The notes beneath the pieces are model-generated. The model worked only from the letters and a program-made list of their open reading frames with translations, was not told where the DNA came from and made no database searches. The position numbers were made by a program, and so were the translations under genes. Shown here piece after piece: positions 10,678 through 21,104 of a DNA stretch of 32,000 bases. The stretch covers positions 1,434,118 through 1,466,117 of the forward strand of contig NC_000909.1 in the NCBI RefSeq assembly GCF_000091665.1. Direction: 5' to 3'. How positions within the stretch are numbered: position 1 is the first letter of the stretch; each line of letters starts with the position of its first letter. This DNA is from Methanocaldococcus jannaschii DSM 2661. Lineage in GTDB: Archaea > AGJL01 > Methanococci > Methanococcales > Methanocaldococcaceae.

Positions 10678-11604
10678 TTATATTTTTATTAATTTAGTTG
10701 CTTCAACCATATTCTTTAACTTATTAAAAGCGACGTCTATTGGCAATAACCTCATTCCACAATCGGGGTCTATTAAAATATTATCAGACAAATTTTTATT
10801 CAATTTTTCATTGTTTTTTAATATTTCAATTCCCTCTTCTATCAAGCTTTTTATCTCTTCAACACTTTCAACTTTCTTAACTTTTGTATTTACACAACCA
10901 AAGCCAACTTTCTTTTCCATACTTTCTAAAATCACCAAATTTTTTTTATTTGAAGCAAATTCATGGTCTAAAATATCCACATTAAACTTATTTAACTCAT
11001 CAATAATATTATAAACATTCCCACAAACATGCATGGCAAATTTAATATTTAATCCATCAACTATTATATCAATAGCCTTCCTTGCAACATCAAAATCATA
11101 CATACCAGTTGATAGTATCGGCTCATCAATCTGTATTATTGGGACATGCTTTTTTAATGCTTCAACTTCCTTTCTAAGGGCTTTAGCAATATCATAAATT
11201 AGATTCTCATCTCTATTGTCTGAATAACAACTCTCAACTCTAACAGATGAAGCTATAGTGCAAGGCCCTGTAATAATTCCTTTAATTTCAACATTAGGAT
11301 TGAGTTTTTTGGCTATACTTTTAGCGTATAAAATATCTTTTAGTGTTATTGGTTTTATAAACTCCACTCTACCAACAACTCTCTTCCCATCAAAGCCATA
11401 CATGTTGTTTGTGAAAATCTCAACCATATCTCCTCTAACCTGTCCATCACTTATAATATTAACTCCAGCTTTAACCTGGTCTTTAACAGCCCTCTCTATG
11501 GCATATTTATATTCATCATACAAGCCAAATACCTTTTTTACCTTATCTAAGAATGTTTCTTCCTTTTTAACTACTGGATAACTACCAACTACAGTTGTTA
11601 TCAT
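10678..11604 (-). CDS. MetE C-terminal-domain-like methionine synthase (archaeal short form)
   Basis: About 308 aa (listed ORF to 11613 begins MVAM; second Met at 11604). 'TTVVGSYP', 'DGQVRGDM', 'IQIDEPILS', zinc-ligand-type 'AMHVCGN' and 'IDPDCGMR'. Confidence 0.85.
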   Translation of the reverse strand: MITTVVGSYPVVKKEETFLDKVKKVFGLYDEYKYAIERAVKDQVKAGVNIISDGQVRGDMVEIFTNNMYGFDGKRVVGRVEFIKPITLKDILYAKSIAKKLNPNVEIKGIITGPCTIASSVRVESCYSDNRDENLIYDIAKALRKEVEALKKHVPIIQIDEPILSTGMYDFDVARKAIDIIVDGLNIKFAMHVCGNVYNIIDELNKFNVDILDHEFASNKKNLVILESMEKKVGFGCVNTKVKKVESVEEIKSLIEEGIEILKNNEKLNKNLSDNILIDPDCGMRLLPIDVAFNKLKNMVEATKLIKI

Positions 11605-11684
11605 TGCCACCACCAGAATTTTATAAATTATGGATTATTAATAAATCTCCTTATCAGTTATTTAACATTTATAGGAGTGGAATC

Positions 11685-12188
11685 ATGAAGGTTAAGGTGT
11701 TGGATGCTTCAGCTATTATTCATGGATACAACCCAATTATAGAGGAGGGGGAACATTACACAACCCCAGAAGTTTTGGAAGAGATAGAATCAAAAAAAAT
11801 TATTGTTGAACAAGCATTAGATTTTGGAAAATTAAAAATAATGAGTCCTAATAGGGAGTATATAAAAAAGGTTGAAGAAGTTGTTAAAAAAACTGGAGAT
11901 AATTTGTCTCAACAAGATATTGGTGTCTTAGCTTTAGCTCTAAATTTAAACGCCATATTATATACTGACGATTATGGCATTCAAAATGTAGCTAAAAAAT
12001 TAAATATTGAAGTTAGGGGAATAGCTTTTGAACCAACAAATAAAGATTTTATTTGGAGAAAGATTTGTGAAGGTTGTAAAAAACTTTATCCAGTAGATTA
12101 TGAAGAAGATATATGTGAGATTTGTGGTAGCCCTTTAAAGAGGAAGATGGTTAAATCGAGATTAAAGAAGAAAAGGAAGAAAAAATAA
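11685..12188 (+). CDS. Nob1-like PIN-domain endoribonuclease with zinc ribbon
   Basis: Listed ORF starts 11595; ATG 11685 (MKVKVLDASAIIHG) is preceded by AGGAGTG. PIN acidic residues 'LDASAII', 'EVLEEIE', 'YTDDYG'; C-terminal CEGC...CEIC ribbon; basic tail KSRLKKKRKKK. Confidence 0.9.
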   Translation: MKVKVLDASAIIHGYNPIIEEGEHYTTPEVLEEIESKKIIVEQALDFGKLKIMSPNREYIKKVEEVVKKTGDNLSQQDIGVLALALNLNAILYTDDYGIQNVAKKLNIEVRGIAFEPTNKDFIWRKICEGCKKLYPVDYEEDICEICGSPLKRKMVKSRLKKKRKKK

Positions 12189-12309
12189 CTTATAAGAGGC
12201 ACTGCCGAGTGAAACGAGGCAGTGCATCCCGGGTATACCAATAGGGCGAAGCCCTATGGAGAGAAAGATGGTTAAATCGAGGTTAAAGAAGAAAAGGAAG
12301 AAAAAATAA
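12144..12309 (+). repeat. 45-bp direct repeat pair (12144-12188 and 12265-12309, 1 mismatch) flanking a 76-bp GC-rich insert
   Basis: Both copies read AAGATGGTTAAATCGAG(A/G)TTAAAGAAGAAAAGGAAGAAAAAATAA; copy 1 is the last 45 nt of the Nob1-like CDS. Confidence 0.95.
12196..12260 (+). ncRNA. Candidate structured RNA: two GC-rich hairpins
   Basis: Hairpin 1: GCACTGCC (12199-12206) / GGCAGTGC (12218-12225) with loop GAGTGAAACGA. Hairpin 2: ATAGGGC (12241-12247) - GAA - GCCCTAT (12251-12257), extendable by CC/GG across a bulged A. The 76-bp insert is about 54% GC by hand count, in very AT-rich surroundings. Strand uncertain. Confidence 0.5.
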
Positions 12310-12324
12310 GTAAGTGATTGTATT

Positions 12325-12702
12325 ATGAAAAAATTAATAGCAAAAACAAAGGAAGAATTGATTGAAAAAATTAAAGAATGTGAAAATGAAGAAGAGATTT
12401 ATATAAACTTAGAGTTAGATAGGGATGTAGCTATTGCTTTATTGGAAAGTTGTGAGCCAAAGAAGATATATTTACCAAAATCAAAATATAAAAGAAGCTC
12501 AAAAAAGATTATAAAGGCTTTGGAAGGAGTTGATGTCGAAGTTATTCCAATAAAGGCAAAGACTGGAAGACCTACGAATGTAGATAAGATTATTAAAAAG
12601 TATTTAGATAAAAAACCTAAAGAAATAGCTGAAATTACTGGGATTAATATAAAAACCGTTGAGTACCATTATTATAAGCTGAAAAAGAAGGAAAAACAGT
12701 GA
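12325..12702 (+). CDS. Conserved archaeal hypothetical with C-terminal helix-turn-helix (DUF1699-like)
   Basis: 125 aa; C-terminus 'KTGRPTNVDKIIKKYLDKKPKEIAEITGINIKTVEYHYYKLKKK' resembles an HTH. Confidence 0.65.
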   Translation: MKKLIAKTKEELIEKIKECENEEEIYINLELDRDVAIALLESCEPKKIYLPKSKYKRSSKKIIKALEGVDVEVIPIKAKTGRPTNVDKIIKKYLDKKPKEIAEITGINIKTVEYHYYKLKKKEKQ

Positions 12703-12707
12703 TAATA

Positions 12708-13391
12708 ATGATTTCTGTCATCTTAGTTAATCCAAAATACAGTGGAAATGTTGGTAGTATAGCAAGGGTTATGATGAATTTTGGATTTGAAGAGCTTAGA
12801 ATAGTTGGAGATAAAAGCATAATAAATAATGAAGCCTATATGATGGCAGTCCATGCAAGAGAGATTTTAGACAATGCCAAATTCTACAACACCTTTGATG
12901 AAGCTATAGGGGATTTAGATTTTGTTATTGCCACTTCAGGAGCAAGAGGAGGAGATAGAAATTTAAAGAGAGTTCCAATAACACCAAAAGAGTTGGCAGA
13001 TAAAATCTTAGAGGTTAAGGGAAACATTGGGATTGTCTTTGGTAGGGAAGATGATGGATTGAGAAATGAAGAGATAGATAAATGTGATTTGTTAGTTTCA
13101 ATACCAACATCTGAAAAGTATCCAATTATGAACCTATCTCATGCTGTTGCAGTTATTTTATATGAGATTTATACAAAAAAAGTTAGAAATAAATTTTTAG
13201 ATATAAATATGAGAGAGGCATCAAAAGAGGACAAAGAGCTATTGATAAGGAAATTTAATGAGTTTATTGACAAGAATGAAAAAATCCCAGAGCATAAAAA
13301 AGAACTCTGCAAAATAATCTTTAAGAGATTGGTTAATAGGGCTTTTATAAGTGGAAAGGAGGCATGGACGTTAATGAGTGCATTTAAATAA
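12708..13391 (+). CDS. TrmJ/SpoU-class (SPOUT) RNA 2'-O-methyltransferase
   Basis: Listed ORF from 12699; second in-frame ATG at 12708. 'VILVNPKYSGNVGSIARVMMNFGFEEL', 'ATSGARGGDR', 'GNIGIVFGREDDGLRNEEIDKCDLLVSIPTS...YPIMNLSHAVAVILYEI'. Confidence 0.9.
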   Translation: MISVILVNPKYSGNVGSIARVMMNFGFEELRIVGDKSIINNEAYMMAVHAREILDNAKFYNTFDEAIGDLDFVIATSGARGGDRNLKRVPITPKELADKILEVKGNIGIVFGREDDGLRNEEIDKCDLLVSIPTSEKYPIMNLSHAVAVILYEIYTKKVRNKFLDINMREASKEDKELLIRKFNEFIDKNEKIPEHKKELCKIIFKRLVNRAFISGKEAWTLMSAFK

Positions 13392-13407
13392 AATTAGGGG
13401 AAAGAAC

Positions 13408-15338
<1,931 letters not shown>

Positions 15339-15482
15339 TTATCGTTTATCGTGCTTTTCAAAATTAACTGCAATTTTTAAGGTAAGAATATAAAAGTCTT
15401 TGGTTTTATAAGTGCCTTTTCTATAGTAAGTTTTTTGTAACGCACTATAAGTATTCGATATATAACACTTCAAACATATAAA

Positions 15483-15574
15483 AAAATAGAACTCTATTTT
15501 AAGAGTAAAGTTTATATACTACTGGGATAATGGTAAATTACACAAAAGTGTCATACAAAATAGAGTTCCATTTT
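15483..15574. promoter_or_regulatory. Paired palindromic operator-like sites flanking a TATA box
   Basis: AAAATAGAACTCTATTTT (15483-15500, AAAATAGA/TCTATTTT arms perfect) and AAAATAGAGTTCCATTTT (15557-15574; reverse complement differs from site 1 at one base); TTTATATA at 15511-15518. Confidence 0.6.
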
Positions 15575-15585
15575 GAGATGAAAAC

Positions 15586-16884
15586 ATGAGGAATCCTATA
15601 ATAGATGTAGGGGCTAAAGAATTGAGTTATGAAATTAGGGAGATTGTAGATGTAGCTAAAAAAATAGAAGAGTTTGGAATAAACATAACATGGGAAAACA
15701 TAGGAGACCCAGTGGCTAAAGGGGAAAAAATTCCAGATTGGATTAAAGATATTATAGCAGAGATTGTTAAAAACGACTGTTCTTATGCCTACTGTCCTAC
15801 TAAAGGTTTATTAGAAACACGAGAATTTTTAGCCGAACAAGTAAATAAAAGAGGAGGAGTTCAGATAACTGCTGAAGACATCATATTCTTTAACGGCTTA
15901 GGAGATGCCATTGCAAAGATTTATGGTTTATTGAAGAGGCAGGTTAGAGTTATAAACCCATCCCCATCATACTCAACCCATTCTTCTGCAGAGGCATCCC
16001 ATGCTGGCTCTCCTCCAGTAACTTACTTCTTAGACCCTTACAACTACTGGTATCCAGACATTGATGATTTGGAGAAGAGGATTAAATACAACCCAGCAGT
16101 TAGTGGAATTTTGGTTATAAATCCTGACAACCCAACTGGAGCAGTATATCCAAAAAAAATCTTAAATGAGATTGTTGATTTAGCCAATGAATATGATTTA
16201 TTTATTATTTGTGATGAAATATACTGTAACTTAGTATATAATGGGAAAAAACAGCATTTACTATGTGAGGTTATAGATGATGTCTGCGGTTTATCTTTAA
16301 AGGGTATATCAAAAGAACTTCCATGGCCAGGGGCAAGATGTGGATGGATTGAAATTTACAATGCCGATAAGGATGAAGAATTTAAAAAATACGTTGAGAG
16401 TATTTATAAAGCCAAATTGATAGAGGTTTGCTCCACTACATTGCCACAAATGGCTATTCCAAGAATTATGGGGCATAGAAATTACAAAAAATACTTAGAG
16501 GAGAGGAATAGGTTCTTTGAAAAAAGGTCAAACACAGCCTACAAAAAACTAAAAGATTTAGATGGTGTTATAGCAAATAAAGCCAATGGAGCTTTCTATA
16601 TGTCTGTTGTATTTGAAGATAACTATTTAAATGGAAACAATTCAATAAAAATAGAGAATGAGAAATTGAAGGAATTTATAGAACACCAAATAAAAGATGC
16701 ATCTATAGATAAGAAATTTGTTTATTATCTCTTAGCATCTACTGGAATCTGTGTAGTTCCTCTAACCTCATTCTGCTCTCAACTTAACGGATTTAGAGTT
16801 ACATTGTTAGAGAGAGATGACGAAAAGTTTGAATGGATATTTGACACATTAGCTGAAAAAATAGATGAATTTTTAAAGACCTAA
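15586..16884 (+). CDS. PLP-dependent class I/II aminotransferase
   Basis: 432 aa; 'NPDNPTGAVYP', 'IICDEIYCNLVY', 'SLKGISKELPWPGARCGWIE', 'FYMSVVFEDNY'. Confidence 0.9.
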   Translation: MRNPIIDVGAKELSYEIREIVDVAKKIEEFGINITWENIGDPVAKGEKIPDWIKDIIAEIVKNDCSYAYCPTKGLLETREFLAEQVNKRGGVQITAEDIIFFNGLGDAIAKIYGLLKRQVRVINPSPSYSTHSSAEASHAGSPPVTYFLDPYNYWYPDIDDLEKRIKYNPAVSGILVINPDNPTGAVYPKKILNEIVDLANEYDLFIICDEIYCNLVYNGKKQHLLCEVIDDVCGLSLKGISKELPWPGARCGWIEIYNADKDEEFKKYVESIYKAKLIEVCSTTLPQMAIPRIMGHRNYKKYLEERNRFFEKRSNTAYKKLKDLDGVIANKANGAFYMSVVFEDNYLNGNNSIKIENEKLKEFIEHQIKDASIDKKFVYYLLASTGICVVPLTSFCSQLNGFRVTLLERDDEKFEWIFDTLAEKIDEFLKT

Positions 16885-17270
16885 TCTCTCAAATGCCTAT
16901 AAAACCATGGCTCTTCATAATTTTTTAAATTTTTAACATAGGGGCAGTCTTTTGGAAAAACACCAGCTAAGATTCCTTCCATTACAGTTAAGCATCTATG
17001 TTTAAACCTATCTTTATAAACTTTACATAATTTTGTTTCTGGGTCTAAATGCTCACAATATATTGTTTTAATTCCATCTTCAGTTTTGTAAGCGTGTAAA
17101 ATGCAACATCTTCCACATCTCTCACATAACTCATCAGGAAATAGCTCTTCACTTATTTTTATCGCTCTATCTTTTTTAAATCTTAATGTATGCAAATTAT
17201 CCCTCTTTGTAAAGTAGATAAAAATTGGATTAAAAACTGTCAAAATAGTATATAAAGGTTTTGATGACAA
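16881..17270 (-). CDS. YkgJ-type CxxCxxxCC zinc/iron-chelating domain protein
   Basis: 'CERCGRCCILH....YCEHLDPETKLCKVYKDRFKHRC....FPKDCPY'. Confidence 0.75.
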   Translation of the reverse strand: MSSKPLYTILTVFNPIFIYFTKRDNLHTLRFKKDRAIKISEELFPDELCERCGRCCILHAYKTEDGIKTIYCEHLDPETKLCKVYKDRFKHRCLTVMEGILAGVFPKDCPYVKNLKNYEEPWFYRHLRD

Positions 17271-17329
17271 TTGTTAAATACTTCATCATCGTTAATTAAT
17301 CCTAAGATAACATTTATTGGGGGATTTTT

Positions 17330-18601
17330 ATGTTCATGAGAGAAATTGAATTGAGAGGGCATATTATTGACAGCTTAATCCTGCCTAAGGTTTTTGATAA
17401 AATCTTAGATATGGGCGGAGATTATAAAGTTTTAGAGTTTGAGATTGGGAAGAGAAAAACAGACCCAAGTTATGCAAAGATATTGGTTATTGGTAGAGAT
17501 GAAAGGCATGTAGATGAAATATTGAATGAGTTGAGGGATTTAGGAGCTGAGATTCCAGAGATTGAAGAGGTTGAGTTACAGCCAGCTGAGAAGGATATGG
17601 TCTTACCAGAGGGCTTTTATTCAACAACCAATCATAAAACATTTATTAGGTTCAAAGGCAAATGGATAGAGGTTGAAAACCAAAAAATGGACGGAGCTAT
17701 CGTTGTTTATCCAGATGAAATGAGGGCTGAAGTAAAGACAATAAGAAATATCAAAAAAGGAGATTTAGTTGTTGTTGGGCATAAAGGGGTTAGAGTCATC
17801 CCTCCAGAAAAACCAAGAGAAGGAGGGGGGTTATTTGAGTTTATGAAATCAGATGCCTCCTCAGAAAAGCCTAAAGAAACAATTATTAGAAGAATAGCTA
17901 AGGAGATGTATGAGATTAGAGAAAAATATAGAAAGACAGGTAAAGGAGGAATTGTAGTTGTTGGAGGTCCGGCTATAATTCACACTGGAGCTGGATGGGC
18001 TTTAGCTAAGCTTATTAGGATGGGGTATGTTCAAGCACTATTTGCTGGAAATGCCTTAGCTACTCATGACATAGAGAGCGTTTTATATGGGACATCTTTA
18101 GGAGTTGATTTAAAGACTGGAAAGAGCGTTCCAGGAGGGCATAGTCATCATTTAAGGGCTATAAATACAATAATGAGGGCTGGAAGCATAAAAGATGCTG
18201 TAGAGCAGGGAATTTTAAAGGAAGGAGTTATGTATGAGTGTATAAAAAACAACATTCCTTATGTTTTAGCTGGAAGTATCAGGGATGATGGCCCATTACC
18301 AGATGTTATTACAGATGTTGTTAAAGCTCAGGAAAAAATGAGAGAGCTTTTAAAAGGAAAGGATATGGTTCTAATGCTTTCTACTATGCTACACTCAATA
18401 GCTACAGGTAATTTATTACCTTCATGGGTTAAAACCATCTGCGTTGATATAAATCCAGCGGTTGTAACAAAGTTAATGGATAGAGGGACATCACAAGCTT
18501 TGGGGATAGTTACTGATGTTGGTGTCTTTTTACCAATGCTTGTTGAGGAGTTGGAAAAATTAGAGAAAGAAAAGGAAAAATCTGAAAAGAGAGAAGAATA
18601 G
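17330..18601 (+). CDS. Archaeal ornithine cyclodeaminase-type protein (TIGR00300 / LOR-SDH-like)
   Basis: 423 aa; '[43 protein letters not shown]', '[41 protein letters not shown]', '[16 protein letters not shown]'. Confidence 0.8.
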
Positions 18602-18612
18602 AGGAGGAGAAG

Positions 18613-19254
18613 ATGAGAGTTGAATATTCAAAGGATTTGATAAGAAAGGGAATTTCAACTATTTCCCAACTAAAAAAAGCTAAAATAAGAGTAGAAAAGG
18701 ATGATAAAAAAATATCCTACAAAGATGCAAAGCCAGGGAAGATAGATGTCAATGAATTTAAAAAAGCTATTTATTTGTTGATTGAGGCAGATGACTTCTT
18801 ATATAAAAAAGCCCCAAAGCATGAGTTGAATGAAGAGGAAGCTAAAGAGTTCTGTAAATTGATTATAAAATGCCAAGAACATTTAAATAAAATCTTAGCT
18901 AACTTTGGGTTTGAATTTGAAGAAAAAGAAATAGATGAAGGTGCATTATACATTGTCTCAAATAAAAAGTTATTTAAAAAGCTTAAAAACAAAAATCCTA
19001 ATTTAAAAGTTGTATGCACTGAGGGAATGTTAGATATTGAAGATATGAGAGCTATAGGCGTTCCAGAAAAAGCATTAGAAGGATTAAAGAAAAAGGTTGA
19101 GATAGCACGAAAGAATGTTGAGAGATTTATAGAAAAATACAAACCAGAAAAAATTTTTGTTGTGGTTGAGGATGATAAAGATGAACTTCTCTATTTGAGG
19201 GCTAAAAATCTTTATAATGCTGAAAAATTGGATGCTGATGAAATTTTAGATTAA
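18613..19254 (+). CDS. Conserved methanogen hypothetical (DUF2100-like)
   Basis: 213-aa ORF in a tight co-directional run; acidic/lysine-rich; '[23 protein letters not shown]'. Confidence 0.6.
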
Positions 19255-19268
19255 ATTTCGGTGGAATA

Positions 19269-20198
19269 ATGGATTTGCAGAATGATATTATTGTGAGGGG
19301 AAAATCCTATGAGATGCCATTTTCAAAGGGTATTTTGGCAAGGTCTTTAACAGCCGCTGGATTAAAACCAAGTATTGCCTATAGAATAGCCTGGGATATA
19401 TACGAGATGTTAAAAAAGGAAAATATCAGAGTTATAGATAAGGCTGATTTGAGGAGGAGAGTTTATTATTACTTAATTTCAAAAAATTACGATGAAGTTG
19501 CTAAAAAATATCTACTATGGAGAATGGTTTTAGGAAGAAGACCGATAGTTATCTTAATTGGTGGAGCGAGTGGTGTTGGAACTTCAACTATTGCCTTTGA
19601 GATAGCTTCAAGATTGGGTATTCCAAGCGTTATTGGAACTGATTCTATAAGGGAAGTTATGAGAAAGGTTATATCAAGAGATTTAATCCCTACACTTTAC
19701 GAATCAAGTTATACAGCTTGGAAGGTTTTGAGAGATGATGAGGGCAATAAATACATTAAAGGGTTTGAGAGGCATTCTGAGGCAGTATTAACTGGAGTGG
19801 AAGGAGTTATAGATAGATGCTTAGTTGAGGGGCAGAGTGTAATTATCGAAGGAACTCACTTAGTCCCAACACTTTTAAAAGATAAATATTTAGAAAATTC
19901 CCATGTAGTTTTTATTATGCTAACAATCTACAATGAAGAGTTGCATAAAATGAGATTCTACGCAAGGGGAAGAGTTTCAAGCAGACCTACTGAGAGGTAT
20001 TTAAAATACTTTAAAATCATTAGAATGATAAACGATTACATGGTTGAAACTGCAAAAAAGAAGGGAATTCCAGTGGTTGAGAATATAAAGATTAGTGAGA
20101 CTGTTGATAAATGTTTGAATATAATTACCGAAAGATTGAAAACGATGATTGAGTTAGAAGGGCTGAGTGAGGAAGATATGTTAGAAGAGGGATTATAG
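19269..20198 (+). CDS. pgk2: 2-phosphoglycerate kinase with N-terminal ATP-cone-like region
   Basis: 309 aa; N-terminal '[40 protein letters not shown]'; P-loop '[26 protein letters not shown]'; '[13 protein letters not shown]'; '[10 protein letters not shown]'. Confidence 0.88.
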   Translation: MDLQNDIIVRGKSYEMPFSKGILARSLTAAGLKPSIAYRIAWDIYEMLKKENIRVIDKADLRRRVYYYLISKNYDEVAKKYLLWRMVLGRRPIVILIGGASGVGTSTIAFEIASRLGIPSVIGTDSIREVMRKVISRDLIPTLYESSYTAWKVLRDDEGNKYIKGFERHSEAVLTGVEGVIDRCLVEGQSVIIEGTHLVPTLLKDKYLENSHVVFIMLTIYNEELHKMRFYARGRVSSRPTERYLKYFKIIRMINDYMVETAKKKGIPVVENIKISETVDKCLNIITERLKTMIELEGLSEEDMLEEGL

Positions 20199-20205
20199 GC
20201 TGGAG

Positions 20206-20664
20206 TTGATTAATATGGACAAAACTCTTTCGGTTATTGTTTTTTTGATTTCTTTAATTATAATTTTTGGAATCTACTTTAGCTCATCAAATTTTAGTTT
20301 TAAAAAGGTAGAGATAAACAAAAGCACAATAAATGACTTTGGAGATGAAAATATATTAACTTTTGTTCCAGAAGTTTGTGATAGATTCTATTATGAAAAA
20401 GACGGATTTGATTGGGAACGGAACATCAACAATATAGAAACTGTTATAATAGGTAGTGATGCAGTAGTAATAGAAAAAGGAGATTTCAATGAAACAGAAA
20501 TCTTAAAAGAACTTATAGAAAATGGCTACTCTGTTGAAAGTTGTAGGGGCGTTTATTATTACAAAAATGAAAAAGCACTCTCTGACAGATATATTATTGT
20601 TGGAAATAACTTAATAATTAAAGCGAATGATATTTCTGGGATTAGATGGAGATATTTACAATAA
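20206..20664 (+). CDS. Hypothetical protein, one N-terminal TM
   Basis: 152 aa; MINMDKTLSVIVFLISLIIIFGIYFSSSNFSF. Confidence 0.6.
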   Translation: MINMDKTLSVIVFLISLIIIFGIYFSSSNFSFKKVEINKSTINDFGDENILTFVPEVCDRFYYEKDGFDWERNINNIETVIIGSDAVVIEKGDFNETEILKELIENGYSVESCRGVYYYKNEKALSDRYIIVGNNLIIKANDISGIRWRYLQ

Positions 20665-21098
20665 AATATAATGCATCCTTATTTTCCAATAAAACCTTGA
20701 GAGATAAGGTTTATAAAATACTTAAGGAGAATACAAAGAGTTATTATGAGTCCAATAGCAACGGATTTTTTAGAATAGGGGGAATTTCACGTGTTGATTA
20801 TATTAATAACAACAGCATATATTTTAAAGGAGAGTGCAAAAAATATTTTGGTAAAAATGAAGTAATTATAACCAATTTTTGGATATTTAAAAATGAAAGT
20901 TTAGCAGATAAGTTTTATAACAAAATGCTCAAAGAATATGGAAACAAATCTTACATTGATAAAAATCCAAAGCTTAAATATTATAATATGTCTGAGATAA
21001 TAAACTATTCGGTAGAAATGTATGATAAGGATGTTGTTTTAATTAAGGAGCATACAAAAGATATTAAACTTTTCGAGGTAAATGTTTCTATGGGTTAG
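20646..21098 (+). CDS. Hypothetical protein, overlaps the preceding gene by 19 nt
   Basis: 150-aa ORF beginning ATG 20646, no signal peptide. Confidence 0.55.
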   Translation: MEIFTIKYNASLFSNKTLRDKVYKILKENTKSYYESNSNGFFRIGGISRVDYINNNSIYFKGECKKYFGKNEVIITNFWIFKNESLADKFYNKMLKEYGNKSYIDKNPKLKYYNMSEIINYSVEMYDKDVVLIKEHTKDIKLFEVNVSMG

Positions 21099-21104
21099 AG
21101 AATT

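Noticed and set aside
10675-10680. Abutting or overlapping convergent stop codons (10677/10678; similarly 14415-14418 and 16881-16884) as a special regulatory structure
   Set aside because: Consistent with ordinary genome compaction; no further signal found.
10478-11581. Nested ORFs 10478-10666 (+), 10811-11014 (+) and 11258-11581 (+)
   Set aside because: The first is an alternative frame inside a plausible gene; the others are antisense to the conserved MetE-like gene.
12199-12225. Canonical kink-turn in hairpin 1
   Set aside because: Tandem G-A pairs can form, but the expected 3-nt bulge is not clean: four nucleotides separate the stem from the second GA. Kept only as a tandem-GA hairpin.
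18771-19142. 123-aa minus-strand ORF
   Set aside because: Antisense to a co-directional operon gene; Ser/Asn/Phe-rich shadow of a Glu/Lys-rich protein.
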